Positions 12,719 through 25,340 of a stretch of DNA of 64,000 nucleotides are shown piece by piece. The stretch spans positions 10,666,001-10,730,000 of the forward strand of contig NC_087250.1 of the NCBI RefSeq assembly GCF_037042905.1. The letters are read 5' to 3'. Origin of the DNA: Lytechinus pictus. Lineage: Eukaryota. Every line of letters starts with the position of its first letter. Positions within the stretch are counted from its first letter, which is position 1. The translations under genes and the position numbers were made by a program. The notes beneath the pieces are model-generated. The model worked only from the letters and a program-made list of their open reading frames with translations. It had not been told where the DNA came from and ran no database searches.

Positions 12719-12988
12719 GCCCTTTCACACGATAAGCCCCCTCCTGTAATTTGAATGATGATTCTAGTGAAAAATAAGGCTAATGACGATTTCTTAGCAC
12801 GTGTGAAACAAAACTAGAATCACGAACGCTAATCACAAACACGAATTCAAATTCTACTCAAGAGTTGAATTCCAGTAAGTTTCACTTAAATTACGGTACG
12901 AATTTTTCCGCGTGAAAGGTCCGATGATTCTTATTAAAAGACTAATTGCTCATTACAATGATGATTCAAGATTCACGTATGAACAGGC
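12719..12988. mobile_element. Degenerate Harbinger-like MITE
   Basis: Termini GCCCTTTCACACG / CGTATGAACAGGC, with internal CGTGTGAAA repeats. Confidence 0.45.
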
Positions 12989-13292
12989 CTGTATAGGGGC
13001 TCACAATTCCAATTTTGAAGGTTACCAAGGGTTTAGCTGATATACCGTTCAACAGCGGGGAGACATCTATTTTTACTTTGAAATGAAACTCCAGGGTCTT
13101 ATACATTACTGCTGGAAACAACACGGGAACATCAGTGTGATCACAATGTGTCCACAGCTGGGACTATGCGAAAATATTTTTATTATTTTTGGCGTCACCT
13201 GTGCCTGGGAGGCGAAAAGCAAAACTGAATCAATATGACCCGCAGGTCTCTCCTCCCGATATAACTGATAAAATATTATTCACACTGTTAAA

Positions 13293-13493
13293 CATTGGCG
13301 GCGGAAGCCAAAAATTTAGGGGGGATGGTCCACCTGAAATTAATGGATGGACACAGGTAAAAAAATTTGACAAGCAAAAAAAAAGAAGAAAAAAAGGAGG
13401 TTATCAACAGAAATGTTAGGGGGGTCCGTCCCCCATCTTAAATTTAGGGGGGGGGGGACAGGCTCCCCCGTCCCCCCGCTTCCGCCGCCTATG
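13293..13493. mobile_element. hAT-type MITE
   Basis: TIRs CATTGGCGGCGGAAGC / GCTTCCGCCGCCTATG and a perfect 8-bp TSD CTGTTAAA (13285-13292, 13494-13501). Confidence 0.85.
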
Positions 13494-13907
13494 CTGTTAA
13501 ATACTAAAATTCAACAGTAAGAAGGTATTTTCACACGGAGATCTCGATGCGGGCGAGCGTAGCGAATGACGAGAGGTAAACAATTACGTTAGAGGGATAA
13601 CTGATTTATTCTTCTTTAAATTACCACTAAGGCCAATGAGATATTTTAACTAATTCAACCTCGTTCTGTATCATTTTGCTTCTCTATACCTACCCTTTAT
13701 CTCTAAACAAGTGAGAATAGAGGAAAATTATTATTTTTATTGCTTGGGGAAAAATATTTCGGTACGGCCAATTCAAACTGAGAATTCTTTAAAAACAAGA
13801 AGTATTTTGGTTGATTTTCAATTTAATTCTTAATGTAACGCTATCTGCTATTCCATTTTCTTGTAATTAAATTTTCATAATTTGAATATTTCATATCTTT
13901 TTACACA

Positions 13908-15098
13908 TAGTAGACCGGCCAAACGTCAAAAAGTGCTCTAAGGATTCGACTGCAAAATTTGTTAATGCTTAGCATCCCAGCTAAAAGTCTTGCAAAAATA
14001 CCCAGGAAGAGCGTACGGCCGGATGCCAAGCGCAATTTTGCGTGAAAGTGTAATTTTTAGCGTAAAATCTGAAAGAATGTCGAAAATCACGCATTTCATA
14101 TTTTGACGGATTATCATCATATTTTTGATTATCTTTGATATGAAATGAGTTTTATTCATGGTTTCAAATAATAAGTCTCATAAATATGCATTTCAAATTT
14201 GAATATTACACACACACATATGGCACAGGGAAACATAAAACCGCGATTTCCTCAAAATAAAAGTTTGTGAAAGCTATCAATAGTTCCAAGTTTTTTTACG
14301 CAACTTAAATTCTTCGATTTAAATGCGTTTATCCATCGAATGTATAGTAAATGTCTCAATGCCACAAATATTGCAAGAATTTTCAAGTAAGATGGAAGAT
14401 ATCTCATTTTATGTTATCTTCTGGCTATTTCCGCGAGTGCATTGGTGCTGAACGTAAATCTACCTGTGGCGATATTCATAAATTTGTATGATATTTAATT
14501 TGCCGTTACCATGGTAACATTAATTTTGTAGGAATATCTATATCCAAAATCAAAGAAAATATACATGTATGAATAAAACGATTGAATTTGCATTTTTAAA
14601 CTACTCTGTCAATCTACATTTTACTTCAGTTATTGGATTATCAAAGTAAAAAAAAAATGTGGCCGTTGCAACGGCAATACCTATTTTTTGTCTCGCTAAA
14701 CCACAATAAAATATACACTCGAATCGCGGGCAGAATACTTTGGGTATATTACAGCGGCGTACCCAAGATTTTCCAAGGGGGGGGGATTTTTTGGAGGATA
14801 TTTCGTCCGCGAAAAAATGTTACAAGCAAAAAAAAAAAGAGAAAAAAAGTTTTCAACCACAAATAAAGGATTTCGTACCAGAAAAAAAAAATCGTCAGGG
14901 GGGGGGGGGGCAGGGGTACGTCCCCTGCATGAGTTGTGACTCGTCAGGGGGGGGGGGGCAGTCTGCCCCCCCTTGGCATCCGGCCGTACGCTATTCCTGG
15001 GTATTTTTGCAAGACTATTAGTTGGGATGCTAAGCATTAGCAAGCATTAACAAATGTTGCCGTCCAAAGTATAAAAAATCGTTTTGGCCGGTCTACTA
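13908..15098. mobile_element. Academ-type non-autonomous DNA transposon
   Basis: Termini TAGTAGACCGGCCAAA / TTTGGCCGGTCTACTA, imperfect TIRs of about 120 bp, 3-bp TSD ACA. Contains a G-rich hAT-like fragment at about 14752-14972. Confidence 0.8.
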
Positions 15099-16779
15099 AC
15101 ATATTGATTAGTAATTTTTTTATTGTTTTAGTTTGATTCCTGTCACTGACGTTATTGTCGTATGGTACATAATAATTTTGTCTTGTGATTATTTTTGTTT
15201 ATCTTGTGTTACATGCATGTACTAATTGCTGTTTTGTCGTATTATGTTTTGATGTGTTATATTATTAACTTAGTTATTTCTCTGTTTTATTCCTATATTG
15301 TAAAAACATTTTTTGTAATCTGGCTTGATGGTGCGTTTGATATTTTATTTCTTAAGAACTCATTTTGAATTGAATTAATTCAGCTTTACTTCAAAATTTC
15401 CATCTATTGGGGTGGGGTAATCGTCAATTTTGTTTTGTACCCTATGATACGCAAATTATTTCTTTCTTTCTTTTCAATTTGTTTATTTACATTTTTATTT
15501 CTAATCAGTTTTCTTTTTATTTAGTGATATGTTAAAAATTTGGCTGCGGTATGATTGTTTGAAGGGCAGGTCCATCATAAAAAATGATTTGATTAGAATA
15601 AAAATAGAAAAATTTAATAAACATAATCCTGAATATTTACCCACACTCGGATGTACATTTTAACGTTTCACCAATTTTAATGAATATTACAACTTTTGTT
15701 TTGTATAAGAACTTTATTTGTATTTTATGTATTTTTGTGTATTTTAAAGAGGTGTGAAATAAATGAATCTGAATCTGAAAAATATTACACACTCACTATT
15801 TATTTTTGCTCTTATTGCTTTATTATTAACCATATCAGACATCTGAGCAGGGCAACTAACATACATTGTTGCCTGCTAAACCTGGGATCGAATGGCCGGT
15901 CAATAAGTTTCCAATTGTTTATCTTAGGGCCAAATTTATTGCCCGCTCAGGAAAGTCAATGAGAAAATGCGTGGAAAAGTAGCGGGCAATAAAACAGAGC
16001 TAACATCCGGGTATTCTACGCGTTTTTGTACGCGTCCTTGAATCGCGCAGTGCCATATGTCACAATGGTAATCACGTTATACTGCGTCCCTATAGTCTAG
16101 GAGATAGGGGGCTTTATTCAGAATTTTTGGTGGGGAAGGTTTGACAAGCTTATCCGGGGTAAAATTGTGCGCTGATTCCAAAAATGTCACTCTTATTGAC
16201 CGTACTCACGCCATTTTGGTCATTTTGGCCAAATTTTGACCAAAAATGACAATTTTGACCACTCTTTGGAAAATGGTCCCTTAACAGACTGCTTTTGTAG
16301 CCACATGCAATTAAAAGGGTCTATCTTAAGTAAAAATGCACACAAATTTCAAATAAAGTGCTTTCATTTGCCAAATCACAATAGCAGTGGTCATCTTGGC
16401 GATAATTTGGCCAAAAATTAGAATTTTCATGATTTTTTGGCCGAAATGTGTTACAAATATTGATCAGAGCTACGACTGGATGTTTTTTAGAAATCCACAT
16501 CTATTTTCAAAATGTGCGCTGGATCATAACCATCAACCTCATGTAATTTATTCCGTCAGTTTTGACCTATGAGGGTCATTTTGGGTACTTTAGACATAAC
16601 TGACCATTCGCGCAGTTTTGCATTATTAACTGTTCAAATAGGCAGGAAATTGAGGTCTTTAGCATGTTTTATCTTCATCCCTTATAAAATGAGAATGCAT
16701 TGAAATGTCCTTCATGTGTAGAATTTTATGCTGATTCCGAATATATCAGTCATAATCATCAACCTCATGTAAATTTTTA

Positions 16780-19155
16780 ATTTTTAATCTCAGTTTGAAT
16801 CTAGGCACTGTACCGAATGATTGGAAAGCTGCTCATGTTATCCCTCTGCATAAGAGTGGCAAACGGTCTTCAATTAAAAATTACCGACCTATCTCACTCA
16901 CTTCTGTACCATGTAAACTCCTTGAAAAGATTATAGTGCGCAAACTAATTGATTTCTCTTTAGACCATAAAATCATCCCTGACACTCAACATGGGTTTCT
17001 ACCTAAGCGGTCTTGTGCTACGCAAGCCGCGATTCTCTTTCATACTTGGGCAAAAACTTTAGATCGCACCTCACCGCCGAGAGTAGATGCAATATTTCTA
17101 GACTGGTCGAAAGCGTTCGATAAAGTGAGTCATTCGGTACTTATTTGTAAACTACATAGTTTTGGGGTATGTCAGAATGCTTTGAAATGGATCTGTTCTT
17201 TTCTTACAAACCGGGTCCAGCGTGTTCTGTTCCAAGGTAGTCAGTCGGATTGGAGTTCTGTAACCTCTGGAGTCCCCCAGGGGAGTGTCATTGGGCCTAT
17301 TCTTTTTGATTTGTTTACTGCAGACCTACCCAACTTAATTTCTGCAGGTACTTGCTTGCCCCAATATGCTGACGACACAGTGCTGTATCGTACAATATGT
17401 ACCCAGAATGACACTGAAGTTCTCCAATCTGACCTTGACTCCATAATCCTCTGGTGCAATAATAATTCCATGGAACTGAATGCGTTGAAATGTAAGATAA
17501 TGCACATCACTAGATCTCGAAAGGTTGTTACAGTTCAATACTTTGCTGGTAACCATACTCTCGATGTTGTTGATTCTTACAAATACCTTGGCTTGGTCTT
17601 TTCGCATGATTTGACTTGGTCAAAGCATGTGAATCTTGTTGTATCCAAATGTTCCAAACTGTCAGGATTCATCCGCAGGATCGTGAATTCACGAAATCCT
17701 TTCATTTTGAAACGTTTGTTCTGTTCACTTTGTCGACCTATAATTGAATACGGTATACCAGTCTGGCTACCCCATCAAAAAAACCACATATCCTCTCTTG
17801 AAGCAGTTCAACGTCGATTCACACGTTTCTGCTTTCCTTATGATCGGGCAAATTCACTATCTTATGATGAAAGATTACACAGCTTAGAACTCCCACCATT
17901 GTATAACAGACTGGTCTACCTATCTACCGCCTTTGTTGTAAAATCGTTGTTTAGAACTTACGACATACCTACTCATATCTTACCCAGGCCAAGAACTCGG
18001 AACTCTCACAAGTTACTCTTCATCCATGAATTCGCACGATGTAATGCCCTGAAATTTTCTTGTTTCTTTTCTTTCCCCAGATTCTGGGAAGCTATCCCTT
18101 CAGAGATCAGAGATCTTTGCCTTGGTGTATCTGTGACTCCTTTCCTTAATGCTCTACGTGAACACTTATTCTCCATGCCTCCAATTGAAAATGCGTTTTA
18201 ATGAGACATGCAGAGTATTGTTTTCGTCTTGTCTCCTTTTAGACCTCTAATTTCTCTCTCTTTCCCCTTCTTCATTCGTCTTACTTTTCTCTGTTTTCTC
18301 ACTCTGTGCAGGCTAAATGGCCATGTATTTAGCCTTATATTCTTAGCTTAAATATTGTGCCCTTTTTTATGCATTTTGTTAATTACCGTACTGTTATGCA
18401 GTTATTTGCTCTTGTACTGTTCATAATGTTTATTCCTGTATGTTAGGTTATCAACTGTATTCATGGTAGTAGAATTTGCATTTTTGTATGTCATGCTTCG
18501 TCTCTTTTATTGCCTCTCTCTCTTTCTTTTCATTCTACCCCAGTTCTCTAAACTCTTTGTTCCCCATCCTCCTTCCCCTCCTCTTCTTTCTCTTCCTCTT
18601 CTTCTTTTCGCTCTTCTTCTCTCTCCCTCCCCACTTTTATCTCTTTCTCTCTCTCTGAGTATTGTATACATGCATATGACAATTATTTTGATACTATATT
18701 TTACTGTTGTGTTACTTTGTAGCATGATCATTGTTGTCACGTTCGACTATATTGCTTATTCTCTGCTTATGTAACATTGAAGTTCTCACAATATATGCAA
18801 CTCCATCTCCATAGGCTTGACTATCTGATAATAACATAAAGTTGTTTTTTTAAATACGTTAACACTTCATATTGACTGGATATTATAATTGCACATGGAA
18901 ACAAACACTCTTTATTATTAAGTTCTTTGTTTTATTAAGTAATGCATCTAAACATATATTGCCATTTTATCTGATTTTATTTTGTATATTTGTAAACCCC
19001 GACTAGTGAGGAGAGCTTCATAACAGAAACTAGTTTTTCTTTTAGTCATCCTCAGGCACTAGTCGGTGGTAATTTATTCCTCTTGTATATATTCTTATTG
19101 TCTTTTGCCTGGAAATAAAATAAATAAAAATAAATAAATAAATAAATAAATAAAC
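16780..19155 (+). mobile_element. 5'-truncated CR1-group LINE
   Basis: Uninterrupted RT ORF, CT-rich 3' UTR and a (TAAA)n tail at about 19113-19155. Host repeat sequence resumes afterwards. Confidence 0.9.
16795..18201 (+). CDS. Non-LTR reverse transcriptase (C-terminal half of LINE ORF2)
   Basis: Motifs NYRPISLTS, QHGF, FLDWSKAFD, GVPQGS, YADD and YKYLG. No true start codon and no endonuclease domain. Confidence 0.9.
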   Translation: MNLGTVPNDWKAAHVIPLHKSGKRSSIKNYRPISLTSVPCKLLEKIIVRKLIDFSLDHKIIPDTQHGFLPKRSCATQAAILFHTWAKTLDRTSPPRVDAIFLDWSKAFDKVSHSVLICKLHSFGVCQNALKWICSFLTNRVQRVLFQGSQSDWSSVTSGVPQGSVIGPILFDLFTADLPNLISAGTCLPQYADDTVLYRTICTQNDTEVLQSDLDSIILWCNNNSMELNALKCKIMHITRSRKVVTVQYFAGNHTLDVVDSYKYLGLVFSHDLTWSKHVNLVVSKCSKLSGFIRRIVNSRNPFILKRLFCSLCRPIIEYGIPVWLPHQKNHISSLEAVQRRFTRFCFPYDRANSLSYDERLHSLELPPLYNRLVYLSTAFVVKSLFRTYDIPTHILPRPRTRNSHKLLFIHEFARCNALKFSCFFSFPRFWEAIPSEIRDLCLGVSVTPFLNALREHLFSMPPIENAF

Positions 19156-22100
19156 TTATTTAATAGCTTGTGGTCATTTTGGCGACTTATGGCCCTTAAA
19201 ATGGCCAATGACATCAGTTCATTTTACCCCCAAATACTTCGAACGTTACCAGAACCATTACAAGTGTGCTGCGACACCTAATCATGCTAACATTGGTGTG
19301 TTAATCCTTTAAGTTGAACATCTCACAAAGTATTTTGACCTTATGTAATTTATTCCATCAGTTTTGACCTATGAGGGTCATTTGGGGGTACTTTATACAT
19401 AACTGACCATTCACGACGTTTTGCATAATAAAGTGCACATATACATGTAGGCAGGAATTTGAGGTCTTATAGCATGTTTTATCTTCTTCCCAATATAAAA
19501 TGCAACTGCATTAAAAAATCCATCTTGTGTAGAATTTTATGCAGATTCCAAATATATCAGTCTTAATGACCCTATTCAATAGCTTATGGTTATTTTGGCC
19601 ACTTATGGCCCTTAAAATGACCAATGACATCAGTTTATTTTACCCCCAAATACTTCGAACGTTACCAGAATCGTTACAAGGGTGTGTTGCGACACCTAAC
19701 ATTGGGGTGTGTTAATCCTTTAAATTGAACAGCTCAAAATTATTTTGACCTCATTCCATCAGTTTTGACCTATGAGGGTCATTTGGGGGTACTTTAGACA
19801 TAACTGACCATTCGTGCAATTTTGCATAATAACTGTGCAAATCGGCAGGAATTTGAGGTCCTCAGTGTGCTTTATCTTCCTCCTTTATAAAATGGGAATG
19901 ATGCATAGGTCGTTCTTGTGTAGAATTTCATGCTGATTCCCAATATGTCAGTCTTAATGACCCCATGGTCATTTTGGCCACTTTTTGGCCCCCAAATGAC
20001 TAATACCATCTGTTCAATACTTCAATTTATCCAAAAATACTTTGAATGTTACTATAATCGTTACAATGGTGTGCTGTGACACCTAACACTGGTGTATTAA
20101 TCATTTAAATTGAGTGTCCCAAAAATATTTTTACAACCTTGGTCATTTTGGCCAGATTGTCCCCTGCCCAATGTGTATACTAAATTAGCCTATATATTGA
20201 ACATAGTGAGGAGACAATTCAGGATTGTGTTAATATTAGCATCAATTATTGTTAAATGGGAAAAGTTTAAGAGCTTTTGGGTGAAAATCAAAGCAATGAT
20301 TCCATATGAATCAGTGTTATTGGCCGAACTATTGGAATTTGTGGTAATTTTGATCACTTTTCCTCAATAATTTAGTGACCACACATTATTTGATTTAAAA
20401 AGGGCTCAAATGTTGCGTAATATAATTTTCAGCGTGAGCTACTACACCAATAATCAAGAGTTTAATGAATGTGATAAAAACCTTTACATCAAGTATATAT
20501 AAGGTTGTTTGACCATGCACTTTGGTCATTTTCATGATTTTAGGCACATTGACCATTTTGTAATTCATGGAAACGAATTCAAGAATGATGTTAGATAGGA
20601 CATATTACAAAAACTTTCTGCACCAGATTAATACAATGATTTAGAATATATCAGTCTTAATGACTACTTAGTGGTCATTTTGGTCACTTTTGGTCCCTAC
20701 AATTAGCAATGACAATTACATGTATCAAAAGTATTCCAATGTTCTTGCTTTATATTTTTGTAAGATTTGTTGTATCAATCATAATCAGTGACAGATTATT
20801 TAATTCAATATGATATTACTAATAGTACATAATCAAAATGTGACCATTTTGGTTACTTTGACCGTTTATCCAATGTGTGAATTTTGAAAAAAACATGACT
20901 TAGCAGCAATTGTAGGTCTATGAACATGATGAAATGCGTTCAATCCCTTTTGATGGGAAATATTAAAGGATCACCTTGAGTAAAAATTGTGCCAATTATC
21001 ATGTGACTGTCTACTGTGGCCCCTTTGATCACTGTATGTTCCTAAATAGCCAGCATTATTTTCCTTCTTTAAAGTCAAATTGTACTGAGAATCATTACAA
21101 AGCAAAATAGGTCACAGTGAAGTTCACAAAGAGTTTTGAATATCATTCATTTTTACCATCTTTGTTTTTTCTTGTACAGTGGTTCACAAACCTCACATTG
21201 GCATGATTGGTGAGCAGCAAATTTACCCTTAATTCTTTTGAAGACGTACTGGGTAATAAAACACATTCTCTATATGAAATTATTCTCTGTGCCGAATTTG
21301 GTCACTCTTTAACAATTTAGGGCAAGTTTTCCACTTTCAACTTTACCAATCATGCCAATGTGAGGTTTGTGAAACATTATACAAAATGGCAAAGGTAATA
21401 AAAATGCATCATGGTCAAATCTATTCGTGAAATTCACTTTGACCAATAGCTTTGTAATGACGCACCTTTGAATTCAGGATTAGTGCCTTCCTCTAGAATA
21501 TATTTATCTGTATATTTAAATTAAAAAGGAGGGAATGATGTTATGGCTACTCAATGACCATACAATGACCACTTGGGCCATATTAGACAGTGGTGAGGTA
21601 TTTGGCACAATTTTGTACTCAAGGTGAGCTTGTAATATTTCCAATCGAAAGGGATTGAACGCATTTCCACAATTGTTCCTGTCATGTTTATTTACAAAAG
21701 TCATACATGCGATAAATAGTCAAAATGGCCAAATTGGTTTCAAAATTCAAAAAATGTGCTATTAGTCATATCATATTGAAATCAATAATTGATATAATAC
21801 ATCTTATTAACAATACGGAGCGACAACAACATTTGAATCCTCTTTGATACATGCAAATGTGATTGGTCATTGTCGGGACCAAAAGCGACCAAAATGACCA
21901 CTAGCTCATAAATGGCCATTAAGACTAATATATTTGGAATCATTAATCTACATTAATCTAGAAAAGTGTCTTAACATAACATGTAAATTATGCTAAAATG
22001 TCTCATTCCTGAATTTGCTGCCCCATATATGTGAGGTTTCCATAAACATTTACTGTGTGGTCAAGGTGGCTAAAATCATGTAAATGACCACGGTGCATGG

Positions 22101-23432
22101 TCAAACAACCTTATGTATGCTCGAAGGATTTTATCACAATTATCAACACTCTTCACCGATTATTGGTAGCTCATGCTGATAATGATACTGACCAGCATTT
22201 GAGCCCTTTTTGACTCATCAAAGCATGTGTGGTCTCTCTCTTAGCTGATCCCTCCACTAATTGGAGATTCCTAGGGTCCATGGTCACTGGTCAATATTGA
22301 GAGAAACGTGGTCAAAATGACCAGAGGGTCCAATAGTTATACCAATAACACTGGTCTGTGTGGAATAATTTCATTGATTTCCACCAAGAAGCTTTCAAAC
22401 TTCCCCATTTAACAATAATTGATGCTAATATTAACGCAATCCAAAATTTCTCCTCACCATGTTCGATATAACCTGAATTAACATACACAATTAGCAGGGC
22501 TGGCCGGGGGGGGGGGGGGGGGTCAATGTGGCCAAAATGACCAAGGTAGTCAACTTTGGGGGTGCTCAATTTTAAGGATTCATTCACCAGTGTTGGGTAT
22601 TACAGCACACCCTTGTTAAGATTCTGGTAACATTCGAAGTATTTCTGGATAAATTGAACTGATGTTATTGGCCATTTTAAGGGCCATAATTGGCCAAAAT
22701 GGCCTTAAGCTGTTGAATAGGGTCATTAGGACTGATATATTTGGAATCAGCATCAAACTTACACAAGATGGACTTTTGAATGCATTTCAATTTTATATGG
22801 GAAGAAGATAAAACACGCTGAAGACCTCAAATTCCTGTCTATGTGCAGTTTATTATATGCAAAACTGCGTGAATGGTCAGTTGTGTCTAAAGTACGCCAA
22901 ATGACCCTCATAGGTCAAAACTGATGGAATAAATTGCATGAGGTCAAAATACGTTTGAGATGTTAAATTTCAAGGATTATTACACTAATGTTAGGTGTCA
23001 CAGTATGCCCTTGTAACGATTCTGGTAACATTCAAAGTTTTTCTTTGATAAATTGAACTGATGCCATTGGTCATTTTAAGGGCCATAAGTGGCCAAAATA
23101 ACCTTAAGATGTTAAATAGGGTCATTAAGACTGATATATTTGGAATCAGCATCACATTTTACATAAGATGAACTTTTGAATGCATTTCCATTTTATATGG
23201 GAAGAAGATAAAATACGCTGAAGACCTCAAATTCCTGTCTATGTGCAGTTTATTATATGCAAAACTGCGTGAATGGTCAGTTGTGTCTAAAGTACGCCAA
23301 ATGACCCTCATAGGTCAAAACTGATGGAATAAATTGCATGAGGTCAAAATACGTTTGAGATGTTAAATTTCAAGGATTAATGCACCAATGTTAGGTGTCA
23401 CAGTATGCCCTTGTAACGATTCTGGTAACATT

Positions 23433-24283
23433 CTTCTTCTTCTTCTTCTTTGTTGTTCTTCCCCCGGTATTCGAGGATCAGCGGCTATCCGCAGGTTGGT
23501 TGTTGTGTTGAAGCAATTTCTCTAAACGAATATGATGAATTTTAAGAATGTATCTGAGGCAGTGGGTCATGACATTGGCAGCAAGAGTGACAGATAGGTG
23601 CGAGGAGGGTAATAAGATATTAGTGGCAAGGATGAGGGGATGAGCAGAGGTAAAGGCTTGGCTAACTGAAGCAGGGAGGCTTAGAGATAGGACATGTTGA
23701 ATGAGAACAGACCGTTGGGGTTTGAGGGTTGGGCAGGAAGCAAGGAAGTGGGTGGAGCTTTCTTCCTCCGTTGAGCAAAGTCTACAGGTGGCGCTGGGAG
23801 ACTTGCCTATGGTCTTCAGTCTTTGTTGTGTTAGGTAGGTGCCTGTCAGAAGTTGGGAGCGAAGTCTTGCAGCAGTACGGAGGTGTGAAGGTAGTGCAGG
23901 GGGGAATAGACTGCTAGGGCTTGGAAACGTTGAACATTGCTTCCAGAAGGCAAGAGTGTGCTTCTCCTGAGTGGCATCAACTAGGCCAGCATTGTGCTTC
24001 TTGAAGATGGCCTGGCGGCACAGTCTTTTCCAGGTGAGGTAGTCGAAGCTCAGGGAGCCAGACAGGATGGCAGGCAAGCTGTATTTGGCGATTAGCTGCT
24101 TCCAGTAGGAGATGAAAGGGACATCGGCAGCGAGAGCATTTAGAAGTATTCTGTGCTCAAACCTATCGCTTGGTAAAGTAACCAGTTGCCCGAGAGTCAT
24201 CAAGGTGTTCAGGTCGATCTGCATAGAGAGAGGGATGATTCCGGTAAGGAGAAAGACTGCCTCGTTTGCTGTGCTTCTTTTTT
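23433..24283 (-). mobile_element. 5'-truncated LINE 3' end (RTEX-like) with a CCHC zinc finger
   Basis: ORF 23478-24283 contains CRLCSTEEESSTHFLASC. The 3' UTR is very short, with a (GAA)n tail at 23433-23460. Host repeat sequence continues on both sides. Confidence 0.8.
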
Positions 24284-25340
24284 TGATAAATTGAACTGAT
24301 GCCATTGGTCATGTTAAGGGCCATAAGTGGCCAAAATGACCTTAAACTTTTAAATAGGGTCATTAAGACTGATATATTTGGAATCAGCATAAAATTCTAC
24401 ACAAGAAGGACATTTAAATGCATTCTCATTTTATAAGGGAAGAAGATAAAACATGCTAAAGACCTCAATTTCCTGCCTATTTGATCAGTTAATAATGCAA
24501 AACTGCGCGAATGGTCAGTTATGTCTAAAGTACCCAAAATGACCCTCATAGGTCAAAACTGACGGATAAATTACATGAGGTTGATGGTTATGATCCAGCG
24601 CACATTTTGAAAATAAATGTGGATTTCTTAAAAACATCCAGTCGTAGCTCTGATCAATATTTGTAACACATTTCGGCCAAAAAATCATGAAAATTGTCAT
24701 TTTTGTCCAAATTATGGCCAAAATGACCACTGCTATTGTGATTTGGCAAATGAAAGCACTTTATCTGAAATTTGTGTGCATTTTTACTTAAGATAGACCC
24801 TTTTAATTGCATGTGGCTACAAAAGCAGTCTGTTAAGGGACCATTTTCCAAAGAGTGGTCAAAATTGTCATTTTTGGTCAAAATTTGGCCAAAATGACCA
24901 AAATGGCGTGAGTACGGTCAATAAGAGTGACATTTTTGGAATCAGCGCACAATTTTACCCCGGATAAGCTTGTCAAACCTTCCCCACCAAAAATTCTGAA
25001 TAAAGCCCCCTATCTCCTAGACTACTAGGCAAGGGACGCGTCATTTCAATTACGTCACAATGGTAGTTCCAGGCCCAGTCTCCCAACATGACAAACTAGT
25101 TTCTCATTCTTAAACTTTAAAATATCTAAATGTTAACGATTTTTGCTCTAGATGTCTGATTTGGTTAATAATAGCAATATTGACTGGCCTGGGGGTGAAA
25201 GGACATATATCGCCCCCACTAAATTGATATCACCCTCGTCTACGACTCGGGCGATATATGTCGTATCGCCCCGAGGCCAGTCCATATTGCTTTATTATTA
25301 TTTACACGCATAATACAGTAACGCGTAATAAAATATTTTG

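Larger units (their letters stand above)
16093..25024. mobile_element. Large Academ-type foldback element containing two nested LINEs
   Basis: Termini TAGTCTAGGAGATAGG / CCTATCTCCTAGACTA, 3-bp TSD CTA. Outer TIRs of about 660 bp are nearly identical, and inverted symmetry continues to a centre at about 21233-21313. Each arm carries tandem subunits of about 410 bp. Confidence 0.85.

Noticed and set aside
12620..13165. Possible minus-strand exon (SQLWTHC...TLEFHFKVK...) interrupted by the 12719 MITE, faintly like a FAMeT domain
   Set aside because: The similarity is too weak to support by eye and a stop follows; it needs an HMM search.
16236..24881. Matching ORF pairs at 16236/24654 and 16387/24515
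   Set aside because: They simply reflect the two arms of the TIR.
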